A stretch of 64,000 nucleotides of DNA from Eledone cirrhosa (taxonomy: Eukaryota). Location: positions 22,506,001 to 22,570,000 of the forward strand of contig OZ024742.1 of NCBI GenBank assembly GCA_964016885.1. The letters run 5' to 3'. Below the pieces are notes generated by a model. It searched no databases and was not told the DNA's origin. It saw only the letters and a program-made list of their open reading frames with translations. This document shows positions 38,544 through 53,500 of this stretch, one piece after another. Position numbers and translations under genes: made by a program. Numbering within the stretch: the first letter of the stretch is position 1; every line of letters begins with the position of its first letter.

Positions 38544-41500
38544 TTCTGTCACCTTAACTCACTAAAATAAAGATACAAGTATCAGGGTATCAAATTACCA
38601 AGAGATTCCCCCTCTTCTGTCACGTTAACTCACTGAAACAGAGACACAAGTATCGCGGTATCAAATTACCAAGAGATTCCCACACTTCTGTCACGTTAAC
38701 TATCTAAAATATAGACACAAGTATCGTGGTATCAAATTACCAAGAGATTACCACTCTTCTGTAACCTTAACTCACTGAAACAGAGACACAAGTATCGCGG
38801 TATCAAATTACCAAGAGATTCCCCCCTCTTCTGTCACCTTAACTCAATGAAACAGAGACACAAGTATCGCGGTATCAAATTACCAAGAGATTCCCACACT
38901 TCTGTCACGTTAACTATCTAAAATATAGACACAAGTATCGCGGTATCAAATTACCAAGAGATTCCCACTCTTCTGTCACCTTAACTCACTGAAACAGAGA
39001 CACAAGTATCGCGGTATCAAATTACCAAGATATTCCCCCTCTTCTGTCAACTTAACTCACTGAAACAGAGACACAAGTATTGCGGTATCAAATTACCAAG
39101 AGAGTCCCACCTCATCTGTCACCTTAACTCACTGAAACAGAGACACAAGTATCGCGGTATCAAATTACCAAGAGATTCCCCCCTCTTCTGTCACTTTAAC
39201 TCACTGAAACAGAGACACAAGTATCGCGGTATCAAATTACCAAGATATTCCCACTCTTCTGTCACCTTAACTCACTGAAACAGAGACACAAGTATCGCGG
39301 TATCAAATTACCAAGAGATTCCCACTCTTCTGTCACCTTAACTCATTGAAACAGAGACACAAGTATCGCGGTATCAAATTACCAAGAGATACCCCACTCT
39401 TCTGTCACCTTAACTCACTGAAACAGAGACACAAGTATCGCGGTGTCAAATTACCAAGAGATTACCACTCTTCTGTCAATTTAACTCACTGAAACAGAGA
39501 CACAAGTATCGCGGTATCAAATTACCAAGAGGTTCCCCACTCTTCTGTCACCTTAACTCACTGAAACATAGACACAAGTATCGCGGTATCAAATTACCAA
39601 GAGATTCCCCCACTCTTCTGTCACCTTAACTCAGTGAAACAGAGACACAAGTATCGCGGTATCAAATTACCAAGAGATTCCCACTCTTCTGTCACCTTAA
39701 CTCACTGAAATATAGACACAAGTATCTCGGTATCAAATTACCAAGAGATTCCCACTCTTCTGTCACGTTAACTATCTAAAATATAGACACAAGTATCGCG
39801 GTAACAAATTACCAAGAGATTCCCCACTCTTCTGTCACCTTAACTCGCTGAAACAGAGACACAAGTATCGCGGTATCAAATTACCAAGAGATTCCCACTC
39901 TTCTGTCACTTTAACTCACTGAAACAGAGACACAAGTATCGCGGTATCAAATTACCAAGATATTCCCACTCTTCTGTCACCTTAACTCACTGAAACAGAG
40001 ACACAAGTATCGCGGTATCAGATTACCAAAAGATTCCCACTCTTCTGTCACCTTAACTCACTAAAACAGAGACACACGTATCGCGGTATCAAATGACCAA
40101 GAGATTCCCCCCTCTTCTGTCACCTTAATTCACTGAAACAGAGACACAAGTATCGCGGTATCAAATTACCAAGATATTCCCACTCTTCTGTCACCTTAAC
40201 TCACTAAAACAGAGACAGAAGTATCCCGGTATCAAATTACCAGGAGATTCCCCCCTCTTCTGTCACCTTAACTCACTGAAACAGAGACAGAAGTATCGCG
40301 GTATCAAATTACCAAGAGATTACCACTCTTCTGTCACCTTAACTCACTGAAACAGAGACACAAGTATCGCGGTATCAAATTACCAAGAGATTCCCCCCTC
40401 TTCTGTCACCTTGACTCACTGAAACAGAGACACAAGTATCGCGGTATCAAATTACCAAGAGATTCCCCCCTCTTCTGTCACCTTAACTCACTGAAACAGA
40501 GACACAAGTATCGCGGTATCAAATTACCAGGAGATTCCCGCCTCTTCTGTCACCTTAACTCATTGAAACAGAGACACAAGTATCGCGGTAATAAATTACC
40601 AAGATATTCCCACTCTTCTGTCACCTTTACTCACTGAAACAGAGACACAAGTATCGCGGTATCAAATTATCAAGAGATTCCCACTCTTCTGTCACCTTGA
40701 CTTACTGAAACAGAGACATAAGTATCGCGGTATCAAATTACCAAGAGATTCCCACTCTTCTGTCACCTTAACTCACTGAAACAGAGACACAAGTATCGCG
40801 GTATCAAATTACCAGGAGATTGCCCCCCTCTTCTGTCACCTTAACTCACTGAAACAGAGACACAAGTATCGCGGTAATAAATTACCTAGATATTCCCACT
40901 CTTCTGTCACCTTAACTCACTGAAACAGAGACACAAGTATCGCGGTATCAAATTACCAAGAGATTCCCACTCTTCTGTCACATTAACTCACTGAAACAGA
41001 GACACAAGTATCGCGGTATCAAATTACCAGGAGATTCCCCCCTCTTCTGTCACCTTAACTCACTGAAACAGAGACACAAGTATCGCGGTAATAAATTACC
41101 AAGATATTCCCACGCTCTGTCACGTTAACACACTAAAATATAGACACAAGTATCGCGGTATCAAATTACCAAGAGATTCCCCCTCTTCTGTCACCTTAAC
41201 TCACTAAAACAGAGACACACGTATCGCGGTATCAAATTACCAAGAGATTCCCCACTCTTCTGTCACCTTAATTCACTGAAACAGAGACACAAGTATCGCG
41301 GTATCAAATTACCAGGAGATTCCCCCCTCTTCTGTCACCTTAATTCACTGAAACAGAGACACAAGTATCTCGGTATCAAATTACCAAGAGATTCCCCCAC
41401 TCTTCTGTCACCTTAATTCACTGAAACAGAGACACAAGTATCGCGGTATCAAATTACCAAGATATTCCCACTCTTCTGTCACCTGAACTCACTGAAACAG

Positions 41501-44500
41501 AGACACAAGTATCCCGGTATCAAATTACCAGGAGCTTCCCCCCTCTTCTGTCACCTTAACTCACTGAAACAGAGACACAATATCGCGGTAATAAATTACC
41601 AAGATATTCCCACTCTTCTGTCACCTTTACTCACTGAAACAGAGACACAAGTATCGCGGTATCAAATTATCAAGAGTTTCCCACTCTTCTGTCACCTTGA
41701 CTCACTGAAACAGAGACATAAGTATCGCGGTATCAAATTACCAAGAGATTCCCACTCTTCTGTCACCTTAACTCACTGAAACAGAGACACAAGTATCGCG
41801 GTATCAAATTACCAGGAGATTCCCCCCTCTTCTGTCACCTTAACTCACTGTAACAGAGACACAAGTATCGCGGTAATAAATTACCAAGAGATTCCCACTC
41901 TTCTGTGACCTTAACTCACTGAAACAGAGACACAAGTATCGCGGTATCAAATTACCAAGATATTCCCACTCTTCTGTCACCTTAACTCACTGAAACAGAG
42001 ACACAAGTATCCCGGTATCAAATTACCAGGAGATTCCCCCCTCTTCTGTCACCTTAACTCACTGAAACAGAGACACAAGTATCGCTGTATCAAATTACCA
42101 AGAGATTACCACTCTTCTGTCACCTTAACTCACTGAAACAGAGACACAAGTATCGCGGTATCAAATTACCAAGAGATTCCCACTCTTCTGTCACCTTAAC
42201 TCACTGAAACAGAGACACAAGTATCGCGGTATCAAATTACCAAGAGATTCCCCACTCTTCTGTCACCGTAACTCGCTAAAACAGAGACACCAGTATCGCG
42301 GTATCAAATTACCAAGAGATTCCCACTCTTCTGTCACATTAACTCACTGAAACAGAGACACAAGTATCGCGGTATCAAATTACCAAGAGATTCCCCCTCT
42401 TCTGTCACCTTAACTCACTAAAACAGAGACACACGTATCGCGGTATCAAATGACCAAGATATTCCCCCCTCTTCTGTCACCTTAATTCACTGAAACAGAG
42501 ACACAAGTATCGCGGTATCAAATTACCAAGATATTTCCACTCTTCTGTCACCTTAACTCACTGAAACAGAGACAGAAGTATCCCGGTATCAAATTACCAG
42601 GAGATTCCCCCCTCTTCTGTCACCTTAACTCACTGAAACAGAGACAGAAGTATCGCGGTATCAAATTACCAAGATATTACCACTCTTCTGTCACCTTAAC
42701 TCACTGAAACAGAGACACAAGTATCGCGGTATCAAATTACCAAGAGATTCCCCTCTCTTCTGTCACCTTGACTCACTGAAACAGAGACACAAGTATCGCG
42801 GTATCAAATTACCAAGAGATTCCCCCCTCTTCTGTCACCTTAACTCACTGAAACAGAGACACAAGTATCGCGGTATCAAATTACCAGGAGATTCCCCCCT
42901 CTTCTGTCACCTTAACTCACTGAAACAGAGACACAAGTATCGCGGTAATAAATTACCAAGATATTCCCACTCTTCTGTCACCTTTACTCACTGAAACAGA
43001 GACACAAGTATCGCGGTATCAAATTATCAAGAGATTCCCACTCTTCTGTCACCTTGACTTACTGAAACAGAGACATAAGTATCGCGGTATCAAATTACCA
43101 AGAGATTCCCAATCTTCTGTCACCTTAACTCACTGAAACAGAGACACAAGTATCGCGGTATCAAATTACCAGGAGATTGCCCCCCTCTTCTGTCACCTTA
43201 ACTCACTGAAACAGAGACACAAGTATCGCGGTAATAAATTACCAAGATATTCCCACTCTTCTGTCACCTTAACTCACTGAAACAGAGACACAAGTATCGC
43301 GGTATCAAATTACCAAGAGATTCCCACTCTTCTGTCACATTAACTCACTGAAACAGAGACACAAGTATCGCGGTATCAAATTACCAGGAGATTCCCCACT
43401 CTTCTGTCACCTTAACTCACTGAAACAGAGACACAAGTATCGCGGTAATAAATTACCAAGATATTCCCACGCTCTGTCACGTTAACACACTAAAATATAG
43501 ACACAAGTATCGCGGTATCAAATTACCAAGAGATTCCCCTTCTTCTGTCACCTTAACTCACTAAAACAGAGACACACGTATCGCGGTATCAAATTACCAA
43601 GAGATTCCCCACTCTTCTGTCACCTTAATTCACTGAAACAGAGACACAAGTATCGCGGTATCAAATTACCAGGAGATTCCCCCCTCTTCTGTCACCTTAA
43701 TTCACTGAAACAGAGACACAAGTATCTCGGTATCAAATTACCAAGAGATTCCCCCACTCTTCTGTCACCTTAATTCACTGAAACAGAGACACAATTATCG
43801 CGTTATCAAATTACCAAGATATTCCCACTCTTCTGTCACCTGAACTCACTGAAACAGAGACACAAGTATCCCGGTATCAAATTACCAGGAGCTTCCCCCC
43901 TCTTCTGTCACCTTAACTCACTGAAACAGAGACACAAGTATCGCTGTATCAAATTACCAAGAGATTACCACTCTTCTGTCACCTTAACTCACTGAAACAG
44001 AGACACAAGTATCGCGGTATCAAATTACCAAGAGATTCCCCACTCTTCTGTCACCTTGTCTCACTGAAACAGAAACACAAGTATGGCGGTATCAAATTAC
44101 CAAGAGATTCCTCCCTCTTCTGTCACCTTAACTCACTGAAACAGAGACACACGTATCGCGGTATCAAATTACCAGGAGAATCCCCCCACTTCTGTCACCT
44201 TAACTCACTGAAACAGAGACACAATATCGCGGTAATAAATTACCAAGATATTCCCACTCTTCTGTCACCTTTACTCACTGAAACAGAGACACAAGTATCG
44301 CGGTATCAAATTATCAAGAGATTCCCACTCTTCTGTCACCTTGACTCACTGAAACAGAGACATAAGTATCGCGGTATCAAATTACCAAGAGATTCCCACT
44401 CTTCTGTCACCTTAACTCACTGAAACAGAGACACAAGTATCTCGGTATCAAATTACCAGGAGATTCCCCCCTCTTCTGTCACCTTAACTCACTGAAACAG

Positions 44501-47500
44501 AGACACAAGTATCGCGGTAATAAATTACCAAGATATTCCCACTCTTCTGTCACCTTAACTCACTGAAACAGAGACACAAGTATCCCGGTATCAAATTACC
44601 AGGAGATTCCCCCCTCTTCTGTCACCTTAACTCACTGAAACAGAGACACAAGTATCGCGGTATCAAATTACCAAGAGATTCCCACTCTTCTGTCACCTTA
44701 ACTCACTGAAATATAGACACAAGTATCTCGGTATCAAATTACCAAGAGATTCCCACTCTTCTGTCACCTTAACTCACTGAAACAGAGACACAAGTATCGC
44801 GGTATCAAATTAACAAGATATTCCCACTCTTCTGTCACCTTAACTCACTGAAACAGAGGCACAAGTATCCCGGTATCAAATTACCAGGAGATTCCCCCCT
44901 CTTCTGTCACCTTAACTCACTGAAACAGAGACACAAGTATCGCTGTATCAAATTACCAAGAGATTACCACTCTTCTGTCACCTTAACTCACTGAAACAGA
45001 GACACATGTATCGCGGTATCAAATTACCAAGAGATTCCCACTATTCTGTCACCTTAACACACTAAAATATAGACACAAGTATCTCGGTATCAAATTACCA
45101 AGAGATGCCCACTCTTCTGTCACCTTAACTCACTGAAACAGAGACACAAGTATCGCGGTATCAAATTACCAAGAAATTCCCACTTTTCTGTCACCTTAAC
45201 TCACTGAAACAGAGACACAAGTATCGCGGTATCAAATTACCAACAGATTCCCACTCTTCTGTCACGTTAACTATCTATAATATAGACACAAGTATCGCGG
45301 TATCAAATTACCAAGAGATTCCCCACTCTTCTGTCACCTTAACTCGCTAAAACAGAAACACCAGTATCGCGGTATCAAATTACCAAGAGATTCCCACTCT
45401 TCTGTCACATTAACTCACTGAAACAGAGACACAAGTATCGCGGTATCAAATTATCAAGAGATTCCCACGCTCTGTCACGTTAACTCACTAAAATATAGAC
45501 ACAAGTATCGCGGTATCAAATTACCAAGAGATTCCCCCTCTTCTGTCACCTTAACTCACTGTAACAGAGACACAAGTATCGCGGTAATAAATTACCAAGA
45601 GATTCCCACTCTTCTGTCACCTTAACTCACTGAAACAGAGACACAAGTATCGCGGTATCAAATTACCAAGATATTCCCACTCTTCTGTCACCTTAACTCA
45701 CTGAAACAGAGACACAAGTATCCCGGTATCAAATTACCAGGAGATTCCCCCCTCTTCTGTCACCTGAACTCACTGAAACAGAGACACAAGTATCGCTGTA
45801 TCAAATTACAAAGAGATTACCACTCTTCTGTCACCTTAACTCACTGAAACAGAGACACAAGTATCGCGGTATCAAATTACCAAGAGATTCCCACTCTTCT
45901 GTCACCTTAACTCACTGAAATATAGACACAAGTATCTCGGTATCAAATTACCAAGAGATTCCCACTCTTCTGTCACCTTAACTCACTGAAACAGAGACAC
46001 AAGTATCGCGGTATCAAATTACCAAGATATTCCACTCTTCTGTCACCTTAACTCACTGAAACAGAGACACAAGTATCCCGGTATCAAATTACCAGGAGAT
46101 TCCCCCCTCTTCTGTCACCTTAACTCACTGAAACAGAGACACAAGTATCGCTGTATCAAATTACCAAGAGATTACCAGTCTTCTGTCACCTTAACTCACT
46201 GAAACAGAGACACAAGTATCGCGGTATCAAATTACCAAGAGATTCCCACTCTTCTGTCACCTTAACACACTAAAATATAGACACAAGTATCTCGGTATCA
46301 AATTACCAAGAGATGCCCACTCTTCTGTCACCTTAACTCACTGAAACAGAGACACAAGTATCGCGGAATCAAATTAACAAGAGGTTCCCCACTCTTCTGT
46401 CACCTTAACTCACTGAAACAGAGACACAAGTATCGCGCTATCAAATTACCAAGAGATTCCCCCACTCTTCTGTCACCTTAACTCAGTGAAACAGAGACAC
46501 AAGTATCGCGGTATCAAATTACCAAGAGATTCCCACTCTTCTGTCACCTTAACTCACTGAAATATAGTCACAAGTATCTCGGTATCAAATTACCAAGAGA
46601 TTCCCACTCTTCTGTCACGTTAACTATCTAAAATATAGACACAAGTATCGCGGTATCAAATTACCAAGAGATTCCCCACTCTTCTGTCACCGTAACTCGC
46701 TAAAACAGAGACACCAGTATCGCGGTATCAAATTACCAAGAGATTCCCACTCTTCCGTCACATTAACTCACTGAAACAGAGACACAAGTATCGCGGTATC
46801 AAATTACCAAGAGATTCCCCCTCTTCTGTCACCTTAACTCACTAAAACAGAGACACACGTATCGCGGTATCAAATGACCAAGAGATTCCCCCCTCTTCTG
46901 TCACCTTAATTCACTGAAACAGAGACACAAGTATCGCGGTATCAAATTACCAAGATATTCCCACTCTACTGTCACCTTAACTCACTGAAACAAACACAGA
47001 AGTTTCCCGGTATCAAATTACCAGGAGATTCCCCCCTCTTCTGTCACCTTAACTCACTGAAACAGAGACACAAGTATCGCGGTATCAAATTACCAAGAGA
47101 TTACCACTCTTGTGTCACCTTAACTCACTGAAACAGAGACACAAGTATCGCGGTATCAACTTACCAAGAGATTCCCCACTCTTCTGTCACCTTAATTCAC
47201 TGAAACAGAGTCACAAGTATCGCGGTATCAAATTACCAAGATATTCCCACACTTCTGTCACCTTAACTCACTGAAACAGAGACACAAGTATCCCGGTATC
47301 AAATTACCAGGAGATTCCCCCCTCTTCTGTCACCTTAACTCAGTGAAACAGAGACACAAGTATCTCGGTATCAAATTACCAAGAGATTCCCACTCTTCTG
47401 TCACCTTAAGTCACTGAAACAGAGACATAAGTATCGCGGTATCAAATTACCAAGAGATTCCCCACTCTTCGGTCACCTTAACTCGCTGAAACAGAGACAC

Positions 47501-50500
47501 AAGTATCGCGGTATCAAATTACCAGGAGATTCCCCCCTCTTCTGTCACCTTAATTCACTGAAACAGAGACACAAGTATCTCGGTATCAAATTACCAAGAG
47601 ATTCCCCCACTCTTCTGTCACCTTAATTCACTGAAACAGAGACACAAGTATCGCGGTATCAAATTACCAAGATATTCCCACTCTTCTGTCACCTGAACTC
47701 ACTGAAACAGAGACACAAGTATCCCGGTATCAAATTACCAGGAGCTTCCCCCCTCTTCTGTCACCTTAACTCACTGAAACAGAGACACAAGTATCGCTGT
47801 CTCAAATTACCAAGAGATTACCACTCTTCTGTCACCTTAACTCACTGAAACAGAGACACAAGTATCGCGGTATCAAATTACCAAGAGATTCCCCACTCTT
47901 CTGTCACCTTGTCTCACTGAAACAGAGACACAAGTATGGCGGTATCAAATTACCAAGAGATTCCTCCCTCTTCTGTCACCTTAACTCACTGAAACAGAGA
48001 CACAAGTATCGCGGTATCAAATTACCAAGAGATTCCCCCTCTTCTGTCACCTTAACTCACTGAAATATAGTCACAAGTATCTCGGTATCAAATTACCAAG
48101 AGATTCCCACTCTTCTGTCACGTTAACTATCTAAAATATAGACACAAGTATCGCGGTATCAAATTACCAAGAGATTCCCCACTCTTCTGTCACCGTAACT
48201 CGCTAAAACAGAGACACCAGTATCGCGGTATCAAATTACCAAGAGATTCCCACTCTTCTGTCACATTAACTCACTGAAACAGAGACACAAGTATCGCGGT
48301 ATCAAATTACCAAGAGATTCCCCCTCTTCTGTCACCTTAACTCACTAAAACAGAGACACACGTATCGCGGTATCAAATGACCAAGAGATTCCCCCCTCTT
48401 CTCTCACCTTAATTCACTGAAACAGAGACACAAGTATCGCGGTATCAAATTATCAAGATATTCCCACTCTTCTGTCACCTTAACTCACTGAAACAGAGAC
48501 AGAAGTTTCCCGGTATCAAATTACCAGGAGATTCCCCCGTCTTCTGTCACCTTAACTCACTGAAACAGAGACACAAGTATCGCGGTATCAAATTACCAAG
48601 AGATTACCACTCTTGTGTCACCTTAACTCACTGAAACAGAGACACAAGTATCGCGGTATCAACTTACCAAGAGATTCCCCACTCTTCTGTCACCTTAATT
48701 CACTGAAACAGAGACACAAGTATCGCGGTATCAAATTACCAAGATATTCCCACACTTCTGTCACCTTAACTCACTGAAACAGAGACACAAGTATCCCGGT
48801 ATCAAATTACCAGGAGATTCCCCCCTCTTCTGTCACCTTAACACAGTGAAACAGAGACACAAGTATCTCGGTATCAAATTACCAAGAGATTCCCACTCTT
48901 CTGTCACCTTAAGTCACTGAAACAGAGACATAAGTATCGCGGTATCAAATTACCAAGAGATTCCCACTCTTCGGTCACCTTAACTCGCTGAAACAGAGAC
49001 ACAAGTATCGCGGTATCAAATTACCAGGAGATTCCCCCCTCTTCTGTCACCTTAATTCACTGAAACAGAGACACAAGTATCTCGGTATCAAATTACCAAG
49101 AGATTCCCACTTTTCTGTCACCTTAACTCACTGAAACAGAGACACAAGTATCGCGGTATCAAATTACCAAGAGATTCCCACTCTTCTGTCACGTTGACTA
49201 TCTATAATATAGACACAAGTATCGCGGTATCAAATTACCAAGAGATTCCCCACTCTTCTGTCACCTTAACTCGCTAAAACAGAAACACCAGTATCGCGGT
49301 ATCAAATTACCAAGAGATTCCCACTCTTCTGTCACATTAACTCACTGAAACAGAGACACAAGTATCGCGGTATCAAATTATCAAGAGATTCCCACGCTCT
49401 GTCACGTTAACTCACTAAAATATAGACACAAGTATCCCGGTATCAAATTACCAGGAGATTCCCCCCTCTTATGTCACCTTAACTCACTGAAACAGAGACA
49501 CAAGTATCGCTGTATCAAATTACCAAGAGATTACCAGTCTTCTGTCACCTTAACTCACTGAAACAGAGACACAAGTATCGCGGTATCAAATTACCAAGAG
49601 ATTCCCACTCTTCTGTAACCTTAACTCACTAAAACAGAGACACACGTATCGCGGTATCAAATGACCAAGAGATTCCCCCCTCTTCTGTCACCTTAATTCA
49701 CTGAAACAGAGACACAAGTATCGCGGTATCAAATTACCAAGATATTCCCACTCTTCTGTCACCTTAACTCACTGAAACAAACACAGAAGTTTCCCGGTAT
49801 CAAATTACCAGGAGATTCCCCCCTCTTCTGTCACCTTAACTCACTGAAACAGAGACACAAGTATCGCGGTATCAAATTACCAAGAGATTACCACTCTTGT
49901 GTCACCTTAACTCACTGAAACAGAGACACAAGTATCGCGGTATCAACTTACCAAGAGATTCCCCACTCTTCTGTCACCTTAATTCACTGAAACAGAGACA
50001 CAAGTATCGCGGTATCAAATTACCAAGATATTCCCACACTTCTGTCACCTTAACTCACTGAAACAGAGACACAAGTATCCCGGTATCAAATTACCAGGAG
50101 ATTCCCCCCTCTTCTGTCACCTTAACTCAGTGAAACAGAGACACAAGTATCTCGGTATCAAATTACCAAGAGATTCCCACTCTTCTGTCACCTTAAGTCA
50201 CTGAAACAGAGACATAAGTATCGCGGTATCAAATTACCAAGAGATTCCCCACTCTTCGGTCACCTTAACTCGCTGAAACAGAGACACAAGTATCGCGGTA
50301 TCAAATTACCAGGAGATTCCCCCCTCTTCTGTCACCTTAATTCACTGAAACAGAGACACATGTATCTCGGTATCAAATTACCAAGAGATTCCCCCACTCT
50401 TCTGTCACCTTAATTCACTGAAACAGAGACACAAGTATCGCGGTATCAAATTACCAAGATATTCCCACTCTTCTGTCACCTGAACTCACTGAAACAGAGA

Positions 50501-53500
50501 CACAAGTATCCCGGTATCAAATTACCAGGAGCTTCCCCCCTCTTCTGTCACCTTAACTCACTGAAACAGAGACACAAGTATCGCTGTATCAAATTACCAA
50601 GAGATTACCACTCTTCTGTCACCTTAACTCACTGAAACAGAGACACAAGTATCGCGGTATCAAATTACCAAGAGATTCCCCACTCTTCTGTCACCTTGTC
50701 TCACTGAAACAGAGACACAAGTATGGCGGTATCAAATTACCAAGAGATTCCTCCCTCTTCTGTCACCTTAACTCACTGAAACAGAGACACAAGTATCGTG
50801 GTATCAAATTACCAAGAGATTCCCACTCTTCTGTCACCTTAACTCACTGAAATATAGTCACAAGTATCTCGGTATCAAATTACCAAGAGATTCCCACTCT
50901 TCTGTCACGTTAACTATCTAAAATATAGACACAAGTATCGCGGTATCAAATTACCAAGAGATTCCCCAATCTTCTGTCACCGTAACTCGCTAAAACAGAG
51001 ACACCAGTATCGCGGTATCAAATTACCAAGAGATTCCCACTCTTCTGTCACATTAACTCACTGAAACAGAGACACAAGTATCGCGGTATCAAATTACCAA
51101 GAGATTCCCCCTCTTCTGTCACCTTAACTCACTAAAACAGAGACACACGTATCGCGGTATCAAATGACCAAGAGATTCCCCCCTCTTCTCTCACCTTAAT
51201 TCACTGAAACAGAGACACAAGTATCGCGGTATCAAATTATCAAGATATTCCCACTCTTCTGTCACCTTAACTCACTGAAACAGAGACAGAAGTTTCCCGG
51301 TATCAAATTACCAGGAGATTCCCCCGTCTTCTGTCACCTTAACTCACTGAAACAGAGACACAAGTATCGCGGTATCAAATTACCAAGAGATTACCACTCT
51401 TGTGTCACCTTAACTCACTGAAACAGAGACACAAGTATCGCGGTATCAACTTACCAAGAGATTCCCCACTCTTCTGTCACCTTAATTCACTGAAACAGAG
51501 ACACAAGTATCGCGGTATCAAATTACCAAGATATTCACACACTTCTGTCACCTTAACTCACTGAAACAGAGACACAAGTATCCCGGTATCAAATTACCAG
51601 GAGATTCCCCCCTCTTCTGTCACCTTAACTCAGTGAAACAGAGACACAAGTATCTCGGTATCAAATTACCAAGAGATTCCCACTCTTCTGTCACCTTAAG
51701 TCACTGAAACAGAGACATAAGTATCGCGGTATCAAATTACCAAGAGATTCCCACTCTTCGGTCACCTTAACTCGCTGAAACAGAGACACAAGTATCGCGG
51801 TATCAAATTACCAGGAGATTCCCCCCTCTTCTGTCACCTTAATTCACTGAAACAGAGACACAAGTATCTCGGTATCAAATTACCAAGAGATTCCCCCACT
51901 CTTCTGTCACCTTAATTCACTGAAACAGAGACACAAGTATCGCGGTATCAAATTACCAAGATATTCCCACTCTTCTGTCACCTGAACTCACTGAAACAGA
52001 GACACAAGTATCCCGGTATCAAATTACCAGGAGCTTCCCCCCTCTTCTGTCACCTTAACTCACTGAAACAGAGACACAAGTATCGCTGTATCAAATTACC
52101 AAGAGATTACCACTCTTCTGTCACCTTAACTCACTGAAACAGAGACACAAGTATCGCGGTATCAAATTACCAAGAGATTCCCCACTCTTCTGTCACCTTG
52201 TCTCACTGAAACAGAGACACAAGTATGGCGGTATCAAATTACCAAGAGATTCCTCCCTCTTCTGTCACCTTAACTCACTGAAACAGAGACACAAGTATCG
52301 CGGTATCAAATTACCAGGAGAATCCCCCCACTTCTGTCACCTTAACTCACTGAAACAGAGACACAATATCGCGGTAATAAATTACCAAGATATTCCCACT
52401 CTTCTGTCACCTTTACTCACTGAAACAGAGACACAAGTATCGCGGTATCAAATTATCAAGAGATTCCCACTCTTCTGTCACCTTGACTCACTGAAACAGA
52501 GACATAAGTATCGCGGTATCAAATTACCAAGAGATTCCCACTCTTCTGTCACCTTAACTCACTGAAACAGAGACACAAGTATCGCGGTATCAAATTACCA
52601 GGAGATTCCCCCCTCTTATGTCACCTTAACTCACTGAAACAGAGACACAAGTATCGCGGTAATAAATTACCAAGAGATTCCCACTCTTCTGTCACCTTAA
52701 CTCACTGAAACAGAGACACAAGTATCGCGGTATCAAATTACCAAGATATTCCCACTCTTCTGTCACCTTAACTCACTGAAACAGAGACACAAGTATCCCG
52801 GTATCAAATTACCAGGAGATTCCCCCCTCTTCTGTCACCTTAACTCACTGAAACAGAGACACAAGTATCGCTGTATCAAATTACCAAGAGATTACCACTC
52901 TTCTGACACCTTAACTCACTGAAACAGAGACACAAGTATCGCGGTATCAAATTACCAAGAGATTCCCACTCTTCTGACACCTTAACTCACTGAAATATAG
53001 ACACAAGTATCTCGGTATCAAATTACCAAGAGATTCCCACTCTTCTGTCACCTTAACTCACTGAAACAGAGACGCAAGTATCGCGGTATCAAATTACCAA
53101 GAGATTCCCACTCTTCTATCACATTAACTCACTGTAACAGAGACACAAGTATCGCGGTATCAAATTACCAGGAGATTCCCCCCTCTTCTGTAACCTTAAC
53201 TCACTGAAACAGAGACACAAATATCGCGGTAATAAATTACCAAGATATTCCAACGCCCTGTCACGTTAACACACTAAAATATAGACACAAGTATCGCGGT
53301 ATCAAATTACCAAGAGATTCCCCCTCTTCTGTCACCTTAACTCACTAAAACAGAGACACACGTATCGCGGTATCAAATTACCAAGAGATTCCCCCCTCTT
53401 CTGTCACCTTAATTCACTGAAACAGAGACACAAGTATCGCGGTATCAAATTACCAAGAGATTACCACTCTTGTGTCACCTTAACTCACTGAAACAGAGAC

